Shown piece by piece: positions 53,701 to 64,000 of a stretch of 64,000 nucleotides of DNA (its first letter is position 1; the number at the start of each line of letters is the position of its first letter). Under the pieces are notes generated by a model. It was not told the origin of the DNA and ran no database searches. It saw nothing but the letters and a program-made list of their open reading frames with translations. Position numbers and translations under genes: made by a program. The DNA is taken from assembly GCF_009914755.1 (NCBI RefSeq), contig NC_060942.1; one strand, given 5' to 3'. This stretch comes from the human T2T-CHM13v2.0 reference genome, Homo sapiens.

Positions 53701-55482
53701 CTTTTTGTAGTATCTGGAAGTGGACATTTGGAGTGCTTTCAGGCCTATGTTGGAATGGGAAATATCTTCCCGTAACAACTAGGCAGAAGCATTCTCAGAA
53801 ACTTATTTGAGATGTGTGTACTCAACTAAGAGAATTGAACCACCGTTTTGAAGGAGCAGTTTTGAAACACTCTTTTTCTGGAATCTGCAAGAGGATATTT
53901 GCCTAGCCTTGAGGATTTCGTTGGAAACGGGATTGTCTTCAGATCAAATCTAGACAGAAGCATTCTCAGAAACTTCTTTCGGATGTTTGCATTCAAGTCA
54001 CAGAGTAGAACATTCCCTTTGGTAGAGCAGGTTTGAAACACTCTTTTTTTAGTATATGGAAGTGGACATTTGGAGCGCTTTCAGGTCTACGTTGGAAAAG
54101 GAAATATCTTCCCATAACAACTAGACAGAAGCATTCTCAGAAACTAGTTTCTGATGTGTGTCCTCAACTAACACAGTTGAACATTTCTTTAGACAGAACA
54201 GTTTTGAAACACTCTTTTTGTGGAATCTGCAAGTGGCTATTTGGCTAGATTTGAGGATTTCGTTGGAAACGGGATTACATATAAAAAGCAGACAGCAGCA
54301 TTCTCAGAAAGTTCTTTGTGATGATTGCATTCAAGTCACAGAATTGAACATTCCCTTTCACAGAGCAGGTTTGAAACACACTTTTTGTAGTGTGTGTAAG
54401 TGGACATTTGGAGCACTTTCCGGCCTAAGGTGAAAAAGGAAATATCTTCCCATAAAAACTAGACAGAAGCACTCTCAGAAACTTACTCGTGATGTGTGTC
54501 CTCAACTAAAGGAGTAGAACCTTTCTTTTCATAGAGAAGTTTTGAAACGCTCTTTTTGTGGAATCTGCAAGTGGATATTTGGCTAGTTTTGAGGATTTCG
54601 TTGGAAGCGGGAATTCATACAAATTGCAGACTGCAGCGTTCTGAGAAACATCTTTGTGATGTTTGTATTCAGGACACAGAGTTGAACATTCCCTATCATA
54701 GAGCAGGTTTGAATCACTCCTTTTGTAGTATCTGGAAGTGGACATTTGGAGCGCTTTCAGGCCTATGTTGGAAAAGGAAATATCTTCCCATAACAACTAG
54801 ACAGAAGCATTCTCAGAAACTTATTTGAGATGTGTGTACTCAACTAAGAGAATTGAACCACCGTTTTGAAGGAGCAGTTTTGAAACACTCTTTTTCTGGA
54901 ATCTGCAAGTGGATATTTGGCTAGCTTTGGGGATTTCGCTGGAAGCGGGAATACATATAAAAAGCACACAGCAGCGTTCTGAGAAACTGCTTTCTGATGT
55001 TTGCATTCAAGTCAAAAGTTGAACACTCCCTTTCATAGAGCAGTCCTGAAACACTCCTTTTGTAGTATCTGGAACTGGACTTTTGGAGCGCTTTCAGGGC
55101 TAAGGTGAAAAAGGAAATATCTTCCCATAAAAACTGGACAGAAGCATACTCAGAAACTTGTTTATGCTGTATCTACTCAACTAACAAAGTTGAACCTTTC
55201 TTTTGATAGAGCAGTTTTGAAATGCTCTTTTTGTGGAATCTGCAAGTGGATATTTGGCTAGTTTTGAGGATTTCGTTGGAAGCGGGAATTCATACAAATT
55301 GCAGACTGCAGCGTTCTGAGAAACATCTTTGTGATGTTTGTATTCAGGACACAGAGTGGAACATTCCCTATCATAGAGCAGGTTGGAATCACTCCTTTTG
55401 TAGTATCTGGAAGTGGACATTTGGAGCGCTTTCAGGCCTATGTTGAAAAAGGAAATATCTTCCCATAACAACTAGACACAAG
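50729..55482 (+). repeat. Two adjacent 14-mer HOR variants (2377 bp each; boundary 53105/53106)
   Basis: B ORFs at 51107/51449 and 53484/53826. Confidence 0.9.
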
Positions 55483-58400
55483 CATTCTCAGAAACTTGTT
55501 TGTGATGTGTGCCCTCTACTGACAGAGTTGAACCTTTCTTTTCATAGAGCAGTTTTGAAACACTCTTTTTGTAGAATCTGCAAGAGGATATTTGCATAGC
55601 TTTGAGGATTTCGTGGGAAACGGGATTGTCTTCAGGTAAAATCTAGACAGAAGCATTCTCAGAAACTTCTTTGGGATGTTTGCATTCAAGTCACAGAGTA
55701 GAATATTCCCTTTGGTAGAGCAGGTTTGAAACACTCTTTTTATAGTATCTGGAAGTGGACATTTGGAGCCCTTTCAGGCCTATGTTGGAAAGGGAAATAT
55801 CTTCCCGTAACAACTAGGCAGAAGCATTCTCAGAAACTTATTTGAGATGTGTGTACTCAACTAAGAGAATTGAACCACCGTTTTGAAGGAGCAGTTTTGA
55901 AACACTCTTTTTCTGGAATCTGCAAGAGGATATTTGCCTAGCTTTGAGGATTTCGTTGGAAACGGGATTGTCTTCAGATCAAATCTAGACAGAAGCATTC
56001 TCAGAAACTTCTTTGGGATGTTTGCATTCAAGTCACAGAGTAGAACATTCCCTTTGGTAGAGCAGGTTTGAAACACTCTTTTTTTAGTATATGGAAGTGG
56101 ACATTTGGAGCGCTTTCAGGCCTACGTTGGAAAAGGAAATATCTTCCCATAACAATTAGACAGAAGCATTCTCAGAAACTAGTTTCTGATGTGTGTCCTC
56201 AACTAACACAGTTGAACATTTCTTTAGACAGAACAGTTTTGAAACTCTATTTTTGTGGAATCTGCAAGTGGCTATTTGGCTAGATTTGAGGATTTCGTTG
56301 GAAACGGGATTACATATAAAAAGCAGACAGCAGCATTCTCAGAACGTTCTTTGTGATGATTGCATTCAAGTCACAGAATTGAACATTCCCTTTCACAGAG
56401 CAGGTTTGAAACACTCTTTTTGTAGTGTGTGTAAGTGGACATTTGGAGCACTTTCCGGCCTAAGGTGAAAAAGGAAATATCTTCCCATAAAAACTAGACA
56501 GAAGCATTCTCAGAAACTTACTCGTGATGTGTGTCCTCAACTAAAGGAGTAGAACCTTTCTTTTCATAGAGAAGTTTTGAAACGCTCTTTTTGTGGAATC
56601 TGCAAGTGGATATTTGGCTAGTTTTGAGGATTTCGTTGGAAGCGGGAATTCATACAAATTGCAGACTGCAGCTTTCTGAGAAACATCTTTGTGATGTTTG
56701 TATTCAGGACACAGAGTTGAACATTCCCTATCATAGAGCAGGTTTGAATCACTCCTTTTGTAGTATCTGGAAGTGGACATTTGGAGCGCTTTCAAGCCTA
56801 TGTTGGAAAAGGAAATATCTTCCCATAACAACTAGACAGAAGCATTCTCAGAAACTTATTTGAGATGTGTGTACTCAACTAAGAGAATTGAACCACCGTT
56901 TTGAAGGAGCAGTTTTGAAACACTCTTTTTCTGGAATCTGCAAGTGGATATTTGGCTAGCTTTGGGGATTTCGCTGGAAGCGGGAATACATATAAAAAGC
57001 CCACAGCAGCGTTCTGAGAAACTGCTTTCTGATGTTTGCATTCAAGTCAAAAGTTGAACACTCCCTTTCATAGTGCAGTCCTGAAACACTCCTTTTGTAG
57101 TATCTGGAACTGGACTTTTGGAGCGCTTTCAGGGCTAAGGTGAAAAAGGAAATATCTTCCCATAAAAACTGGACAGAAGCATTCTCAGAAACTTGTTTAT
57201 GCTGTATCTACTCAACTAACAAAGTTGAACCTTTCTTTTGATAGAGCAGTTTTGAAATGCTCTTTTTGTGGAATCTGCAAGTGGATATTTGGCTAGTTTT
57301 GAGGATTTCGTTGGAAGCGGGAATTCATACAAATTGCAGACTGCAGCGTTCTGAGAAACATCTTTGTGATGTTTGTATTCAGGACAGAGAGTTGAACATT
57401 CCCTATCATAGAGCAGGTTGGAATCACTCCTTTTGTAGTATCTGGAAGTGGACATTTGGAGCGCTTTCAGGCCTATGTTGAAAAAGGAAATATCTTCCCA
57501 TAACAACTAGACACAAGCATTCTCAGAAACTTGTTTGTGATGTGTGCCCTCTACTGACAGAGTTGAACCTTTCTTTTCATAGAGCAGTTTTGAAACACTC
57601 TTTTTGTAGAATCTGCAAGAGGATATTTGCATAGCTTTGAGGATTTCGTGGGAAACGGGATTGTCTTCAGGTAAAATCTAGACAGAAGCATTCTCAGAAA
57701 CTTCTTTGGGATGTTTGCATTCAAGTCACAGAGTAGAACATTCCCTTTGGTAGAGCAGGTTTGAAACACTCTTTTTATAGTATCTGGAAGTGGACATTTG
57801 GAGCGCTTTCAGGCCTATGTTGGAAAGGGAAATATCTTCCCGTAACAACTAGGCAGAAGCATTCTCAGAAACTTATTTGAGATGTGTGTACTCAACTAAG
57901 AGAATTGAACCACCGTTTTGAAGGAGCAGTTTTGAAACACTCTTTTTCTGGAATCTGCAAGAGGATATTTGCCTAGCTTTGAGGATTTCGTTGGAAACGG
58001 GATTGTCTTCAGATCAAATCTAGACAGAAGCATTCTCAGAAACTTCTTTGGGATGTTTGCATTCAAGTCACAGAGTAGAACATTCCCTTTGGTAGAGCAG
58101 GTTTGAAACACTCTTTTTTTAGTATATGGAAGTGGACATTTGGAGCGCTTTCAGGCCTACGTTGGAAAAGGAAATATCTTCCCATAACAATTAGACAGAA
58201 GCATTCTCAGAAACTAGTTTCTGATGTGTGTCCTCAACTAACACAGTTGAACATTTCTTTAGACAGAACAGTTTTGAAACTCTCTTTTTGTGGAATCTGC
58301 AAGTGGCTATTTGGCTAGATTTGAGGATTTCGTTGGAAACGGGATTACATATAAAAAGCAGACAGCAGCATTCTCAGAACGTTCTTTGTGATGATTGCAT

Positions 58401-59552
58401 TCAAGTCACAGAATTGAACATTCCCTTTCACAGAGCAGGTTTGAAACACTCTTTTTGTAGTGTGTGTAAGTGGACATTTGGAGCACTTTCCGGCCTAAGG
58501 TGAAAAAGGAAATATCTTCCCATAAAAACTAGACAGAAGCATTCTCAGAAACTTACTCGTGATGTGTGTCCTCAACTAAAGGAGTAGAACCTTTCTTTTC
58601 ATAGAGAAGTTTTGAAACGCTCTTTTTGTGGAATCTGCAAGTGGATATTTGGCTAGTTTGGAGGATTTCGTTGGAAGCGGGAATTCATACAAATTGCAGA
58701 CTGCAGCTTTCTGAGAAACATCTTTGTGATGTTTGTATTCAGGACACAGAGTTGAACATTCCCTATCATAGAGCAGGTTTGAATCACTCCTTTTGTAGTA
58801 TCTGGAAGTGGACATTTGGAGCGCTTTCAAGCCTATGTTGGAAAAGGAAATATCTTCCCATAACAACTAGACAGAAGCATTCTCAGAAACTTATTTGAGA
58901 TGTGTGTACTCAACTAAGAGAATTGAACCACCGTTTTGAAGGAGCAGTTTTGAAACACTCTTTTTCTGGAATCTGCAAGTGGATATTTGGCTAGCTTTGG
59001 GGATTTCGCTGGAAGCGGGAATACATATAAAAAGCCCACAGCAGCGTTCTGAGAAACTGCTTTCTGATGTTTGCATTCAAGTCAAAAGTTGAACACTCCC
59101 TTTCATAGTGCAGTCCTGAAACACTCCTTTTGTAGTATCTGGAACTGGACTTTTGGAGCGCTTTCAGGGCTAAGGTGAAAAAGGAAATATCTTCCCATAA
59201 AAACTGGACAGAAGCATTCTCAGAAACTTGTTTATGCTGTATCTACTCAACTAACAAAGTTGAACCTTTCTTTTGATAGAGCAGTTTTGAAATGCTCTTT
59301 TTGTGGAATCTGCAAGTGGATATTTGGCTAGTTTTGAGGATTTCGTTGGAAGCGGGAATTCATACAAATTGCAGACTGCAGCGTTCTGAGAAACATCTTT
59401 GTGATGTTTGTATTCAGGACAGAGAGTTGAACATTCCCTATCATAGAGCAGGTTGGAATCACTCCTTTTGTAGTATCTGGAAGTGGACATTTGGAGCGCT
59501 TTCAGGCCTATGTTGAAAAAGGAAATATCTTCCCATAACAACTAGACACAAG
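55483..59552 (+). repeat. Two canonical, near-identical 12-mer units
   Basis: Spacing is 2035 twice. Shared variants include acaattag, cagaacgttc, gcagctttc and aagcccac. Confidence 0.9.
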
Positions 59553-62271
59553 CATTCTCAGAAACTTGTTTGTGATGTGTGCCCTCTACTGACAGAGTTG
59601 AACCTTTCTTTTCATAGAGCAGTTTTGAAACACTCTTTTTGTAGAATCTGCAAGAGGATATTTGCATAGCTTTGAGGATTTCGTGGGAAACGGGATTGTC
59701 TTCAGGTAAAATCTAGACAGAAGCATTCTCAGAAACTTCTTTGGGATGTTTGCATTCAAGTCACAGAGTAGAACATTCCCTTTGGTAGAGCAGGTTTGAA
59801 ACACTCTTTTTGTAGTATCTGGAAGTGGACATTTGGAGCGCTTTCAGGCCTATGTTGGAAAGGGAAATATCTTCCCGTAACAACTAGGCAGAAGCATTCT
59901 CAGAAACTTATTTGAGATGTGTGTACTCAACTAAGAGAATTGAACCACCGTTTTGAAGGAGCAGTTTTGAAACACTCTTTTTCTGGAATCTGCAAGAGGA
60001 TATTTGCCTAGACTTGAGGATTTCGTTGGAAACGGGATTGTCTTCAGATCAAATCTAGACAGAAGCATTCTCAGAAACTTCTTTGGGATGTTTGCATTCA
60101 AGTCACAGAGTAGAACATTCCCTTTGGTAGAGCAGGTTTGAAACACTCTTTTTGTAGTATCTGGAAGTGGACATTTGGAGTGCTTTCAGGCCTATGTTGG
60201 AATGGGAAATATCTTCCCGTAACAACTAGGCAGAAGCATTCTCAGAAACTTATTTGAGATGTGTGTACTCAACTAAGAGAATTGAACCACCGTTTTGAAG
60301 GAGCAGTTTTGAAACACTCTTTTTCTGGAATCTGCAAGAGGATATTTGCCTAGCCTTGAGGATTTCGTTGGAAACGGGATTGTCTTCAGATCAAATCTAG
60401 ACAGAAGCATTCTCAGAAACTTCTTTGGGATGTTTGCATTCAAGTCACAGAGTAGAACATTCCCTTTGGTAGAGCAGGTTTGAAACACTCTTTTTGTAGT
60501 ATCTGGAAGTGGACATTTGGAGTGCTTTCAGGCCTATGTTGGAATGGGAAATATCTTCCCGTAACAACTAGGCAGAAGCATTCTCAGAAACTTATTTGAG
60601 ATGTGTGTACTCAACTAAGAGAATTGAACCACCGTTTTGAAGGAGCAGTTTTGAAACACTCTTTTTCTGGAATCTGCAAGAGGATATTTGCCTAGCCTTG
60701 AGGATTTCGTTGGAAACGGGATTGTCTTCAGATCAAATCTAGACAGAAGCATTCTCAGAAACTTCTTTCGGATGTTTGCATTCAAGTCACAGAGTAGAAC
60801 ATTCCCTTTGGTAGAGCAGGTTTGAAACACTCTTTTTTTAGTATATGGAAGTGGACATTTGGAGCGCTTTCAGGTCTACGTTGGAAAAGGAAATATCTTC
60901 CCATAACAACTAGACAGAAGCATTCTCAGAAACTAGTTTCTGATGTGTGTCCTCAACTAACACAGTTGAACATTTCTTTAGACAGAACAGTTTTGAAACA
61001 CTCTTTTTGTGGAATCTGCAAGTGGCTATTTGGCTAGATTTGAGGATTTCGTTGGAAACGGGATTACATATAAAAAGCAGACAGCAGCATTCTCAGAAAG
61101 TTCTTTGTGATGATTGCATTCAAGTCACAGAATTGAACATTCCCTTTCACAGAGCAGGTTTGAAACACACTTTTTGTAGTGTGTGTAAGTGGACATTTGG
61201 AGCACTTTCCGGCCTAAGGTGAAAAAGGAAATATCTTCCCATAAAAACTAGACAGAAGCACTCTCAGAAACTTACTCGTGATGTGTGTCCTCAACTAAAG
61301 GAGTAGAACCTTTCTTTTCATAGAGAAGTTTTGAAACGCTCTTTTTGTGGAATCTGCAAGTGGATATTTGGCTAGTTTTGAGGATTTCGTTGGAAGCGGG
61401 AATTCATACAAATTGCAGACTGCAGCGTTCTGAGAAACATCTTTGTGATGTTTGTATTCAGGACACAGAGTTGAACATTCCCTATCATAGAGCAGGTTTG
61501 AATCACTCCTTTTGTAGTATCTGGAAGTGGACATTTGGAGCGCTTTCAGGCCTATGTTGGAAAAGGAAATATCTTCCCATAACAACTAGACAGAAGCATT
61601 CTCAGAAACTTATTTGAGATGTGTGTACTCAACTAAGAGAATTGAACCACCGTTTTGAAGGAGCAGTTTTGAAACACTCTTTTTCTGGAATCTGCAAGTG
61701 GATATTTGGCTAGCTTTGGGGATTTCGCTGGAAGCGGGAATACATATAAAAAGCACACAGCAGCGTTCTGAGAAACTGCTTTCTGATGTTTGCATTCAAG
61801 TCAAAAGTTGAACACTCCCTTTCATAGAGCAGTCCTGAAACACTCCTTTTGTAGTATCTGGAACTGGACTTTTGGAGCGCTTTCAGGGCTAAGGTGAAAA
61901 AGGAAATATCTTCCCATAAAAACTGGACAGAAGCATACTCAGAAACTTGTTTATGCTGTATCTACTCAACTAACAAAGTTGAACCTTTCTTTTGATAGAG
62001 CAGTTTTGAAATGCTCTTTTTGTGGAATCTGCAAGTGGATATTTGGCTAGTTTTGAGGATTTCGTTGGAAGCGGGAATTCATACAAATTGCAGACTGCAG
62101 CGTTCTGAGAAACATCTTTGTGATGTTTGTATTCAGGACACAGAGTGGAACATTCCCTATCATAGAGCAGGTTGGAATCACTCCTTTTGTAGTATCTGGA
62201 AGTGGACATTTGGAGCGCTTTCAGGCCTATGTTGAAAAAGGAAATATCTTCCCATAACAACTAGACACAAG
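59553..62271 (+). repeat. 16-mer HOR variant AB'B'BCDEF (2719 bp)
   Basis: B ORFs at 59931, 60273 and 60615; 2719 = 2035 + 2x342. Confidence 0.9.
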
Positions 62272-64000
62272 CATTCTCAGAAACTTGTTTGTGATGTGTG
62301 CCCTCTACTGACAGAGTTGAACCTTTCTTTTCATAGAGCAGTTTTGAAACACTCTTTTTGTAGAATCTGCAAGAGGATATTTGCATAGCTTTGAGGATTT
62401 CGTGGGAAACGGGATTGTCTTCAGGTAAAATCTAGACAGAAGCATTCTCAGAAACTTCTTTGGGATGTTTGCATTCAAGTCACAGAGTAGAATATTCCCT
62501 TTGGTAGAGCAGGTTTGAAACACTCTTTTTATAGTATCTGGAAGTGGACATTTGGAGCCCTTTCAGGCCTATGTTGGAAAGGGAAATATCTTCCCGTAAC
62601 AACTAGGCAGAAGCATTCTCAGAAACTTATTTGAGATGTGTGTACTCAACTAAGAGAATTGAACCACCGTTTTGAAGGAGCAGTTTTGAAACACTCTTTT
62701 TCTGGAATCTGCAAGAGGATATTTGCCTAGCTTTGAGGATTTCGTTGGAAACGGGATTGTCTTCAGATCAAATCTAGACAGAAGCATTCTCAGAAACTTC
62801 TTTGGGATGTTTGCATTCAAGTCACAGAGTAGAACATTCCCTTTGGTAGAGCAGGTTTGAAACACTCTTTTTTTAGTATATGGAAGTGGACATTTGGAGC
62901 GCTTTCAGGCCTACGTTGGAAAAGGAAATATCTTCCCATAACAATTAGACAGAAGCATTCTCAGAAACTAGTTTCTGATGTGTGTCCTCAACTAACACAG
63001 TTGAACATTTCTTTAGACAGAACAGTTTTGAAACTCTATTTTTGTGGAATCTGCAAGTGGCTATTTGGCTAGATTTGAGGATTTCGTTGGAAACGGGATT
63101 ACATATAAAAAGCAGACAGCAGCATTCTCAGAACGTTCTTTGTGATGATTGCATTCAAGTCACAGAATTGAACATTCCCTTTCACAGAGCAGGTTTGAAA
63201 CACTCTTTTTGTAGTGTGTGTAAGTGGACATTTGGAGCACTTTCCGGCCTAAGGTGAAAAAGGAAATATCTTCCCATAAAAACTAGACAGAAGCATTCTC
63301 AGAAACTTACTCGTGATGTGTGTCCTCAACTAAAGGAGTAGAACCTTTCTTTTCATAGAGAAGTTTTGAAACGCTCTTTTTGTGGAATCTGCAAGTGGAT
63401 ATTTGGCTAGTTTTGAGGATTTCGTTGGAAGCGGGAATTCATACAAATTGCAGACTGCAGCTTTCTGAGAAACATCTTTGTGATGTTTGTATTCAGGACA
63501 CAGAGTTGAACATTCCCTATCATAGAGCAGGTTTGAATCACTCCTTTTGTAGTATCTGGAAGTGGACATTTGGAGCGCTTTCAAGCCTATGTTGGAAAAG
63601 GAAATATCTTCCCATAACAACTAGACAGAAGCATTCTCAGAAACTTATTTGAGATGTGTGTACTCAACTAAGAGAATTGAACCACCGTTTTGAAGGAGCA
63701 GTTTTGAAACACTCTTTTTCTGGAATCTGCAAGTGGATATTTGGCTAGCTTTGCGGATTTCGCTGGAAGCGGGAATACATATAAAAAGCCCACAGCAGCG
63801 TTCTGAGAAACTGCTTTCTGATGTTTGCATTCAAGTCAAAAGTTGAACACTCCCTTTCATAGTGCAGTCCTGAAACACTCCTTTTGTAGTATCTGGAACT
63901 GGACTTTTGGAGCGCTTTCAGGGCTAAGGTGAAAAAGGAAATATCTTCCCATAAAAACTGGACAGAAGCATTCTCAGAAACTTGTTTATGCTGTATCTAC
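62272..64000 (+). repeat. Partial 12-mer (ABCDE and start of F), cut by the window end
   Basis: Dimer order continues to the F start cttgtttatgctgtatctac at the window end. Confidence 0.9.

Larger units (their letters stand above)
1..64000 (+). repeat. Centromeric alpha-satellite HOR array, 12-mer (2035 bp), dimeric; probably human D18Z1 (S2C18H1L)
   Basis: Monomers start with CATTCTCAGAAACT-like motifs about every 170 bp, and every second monomer has TTTCGTTGGAARCGGGA. Identical ORF translations recur every 2035 bp (4984, 7019, 9054, 11089). EcoRI sites at 1366 and 2041 give 675/1360-bp spacing. The alpha-satellite HOR call is essentially certain; the chr18 assignment is about 0.75. Confidence 0.97.

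Noticed and set aside
236-63830. About 250 short ORFs (61-125 aa) on both strands
   Set aside because: They are recurring translations of satellite monomers, overlap on both strands, often use non-ATG starts, are broken freely by SNVs and indels, and have no recognisable domains.
1-64000. CRISPR-like repeat/spacer appearance (CATTCTCAGAAACT every ~170 bp)
   Set aside because: The intervening sequences are homologous monomers rather than unique spacers, and there are no cas genes.
1-64000. Transposon insertion, inversion or unique sequence
   Set aside because: Every interval between units is explained by whole dimers plus indels of 5 bp or less, orientation is constant, and I saw no poly-A tails or foreign sequence.

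Overview
The whole 64 kb window is one uninterrupted, single-orientation primate (human-type) centromeric alpha-satellite higher-order repeat (HOR) array. About 170-bp monomers alternate between CENP-B-box and pJalpha-type monomers and form six dimers, which I label A-F (342, 342, 338, 338, 337 and 338 bp). Together they make a 2035-bp 12-mer HOR. The 12-mer size, the dimeric structure and EcoRI spacing of 675/1360 bp best fit the active chromosome 18 array D18Z1 (S2C18H1L, suprachromosomal family 2); this assignment is from recall and was not aligned. There are 30 complete units plus partial ends: 19 canonical 12-mers, three 8-mers, one 10-mer, four 14-mers and three 16-mers. I found no genes, RNA genes, transposons, inversions or CRISPR, and every ORF in the track is a repeat artefact. 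I found no novel protein-coding system. The interesting signal is array evolution: structural variants breaking at internal homologies, nested SNV haplotype blocks, 4070-bp and 6789-bp super-repeats, and a propagating CENP-B-box-disrupting variant. All variant calls were read by eye plus ORF-track spacing, so boundaries are approximate.
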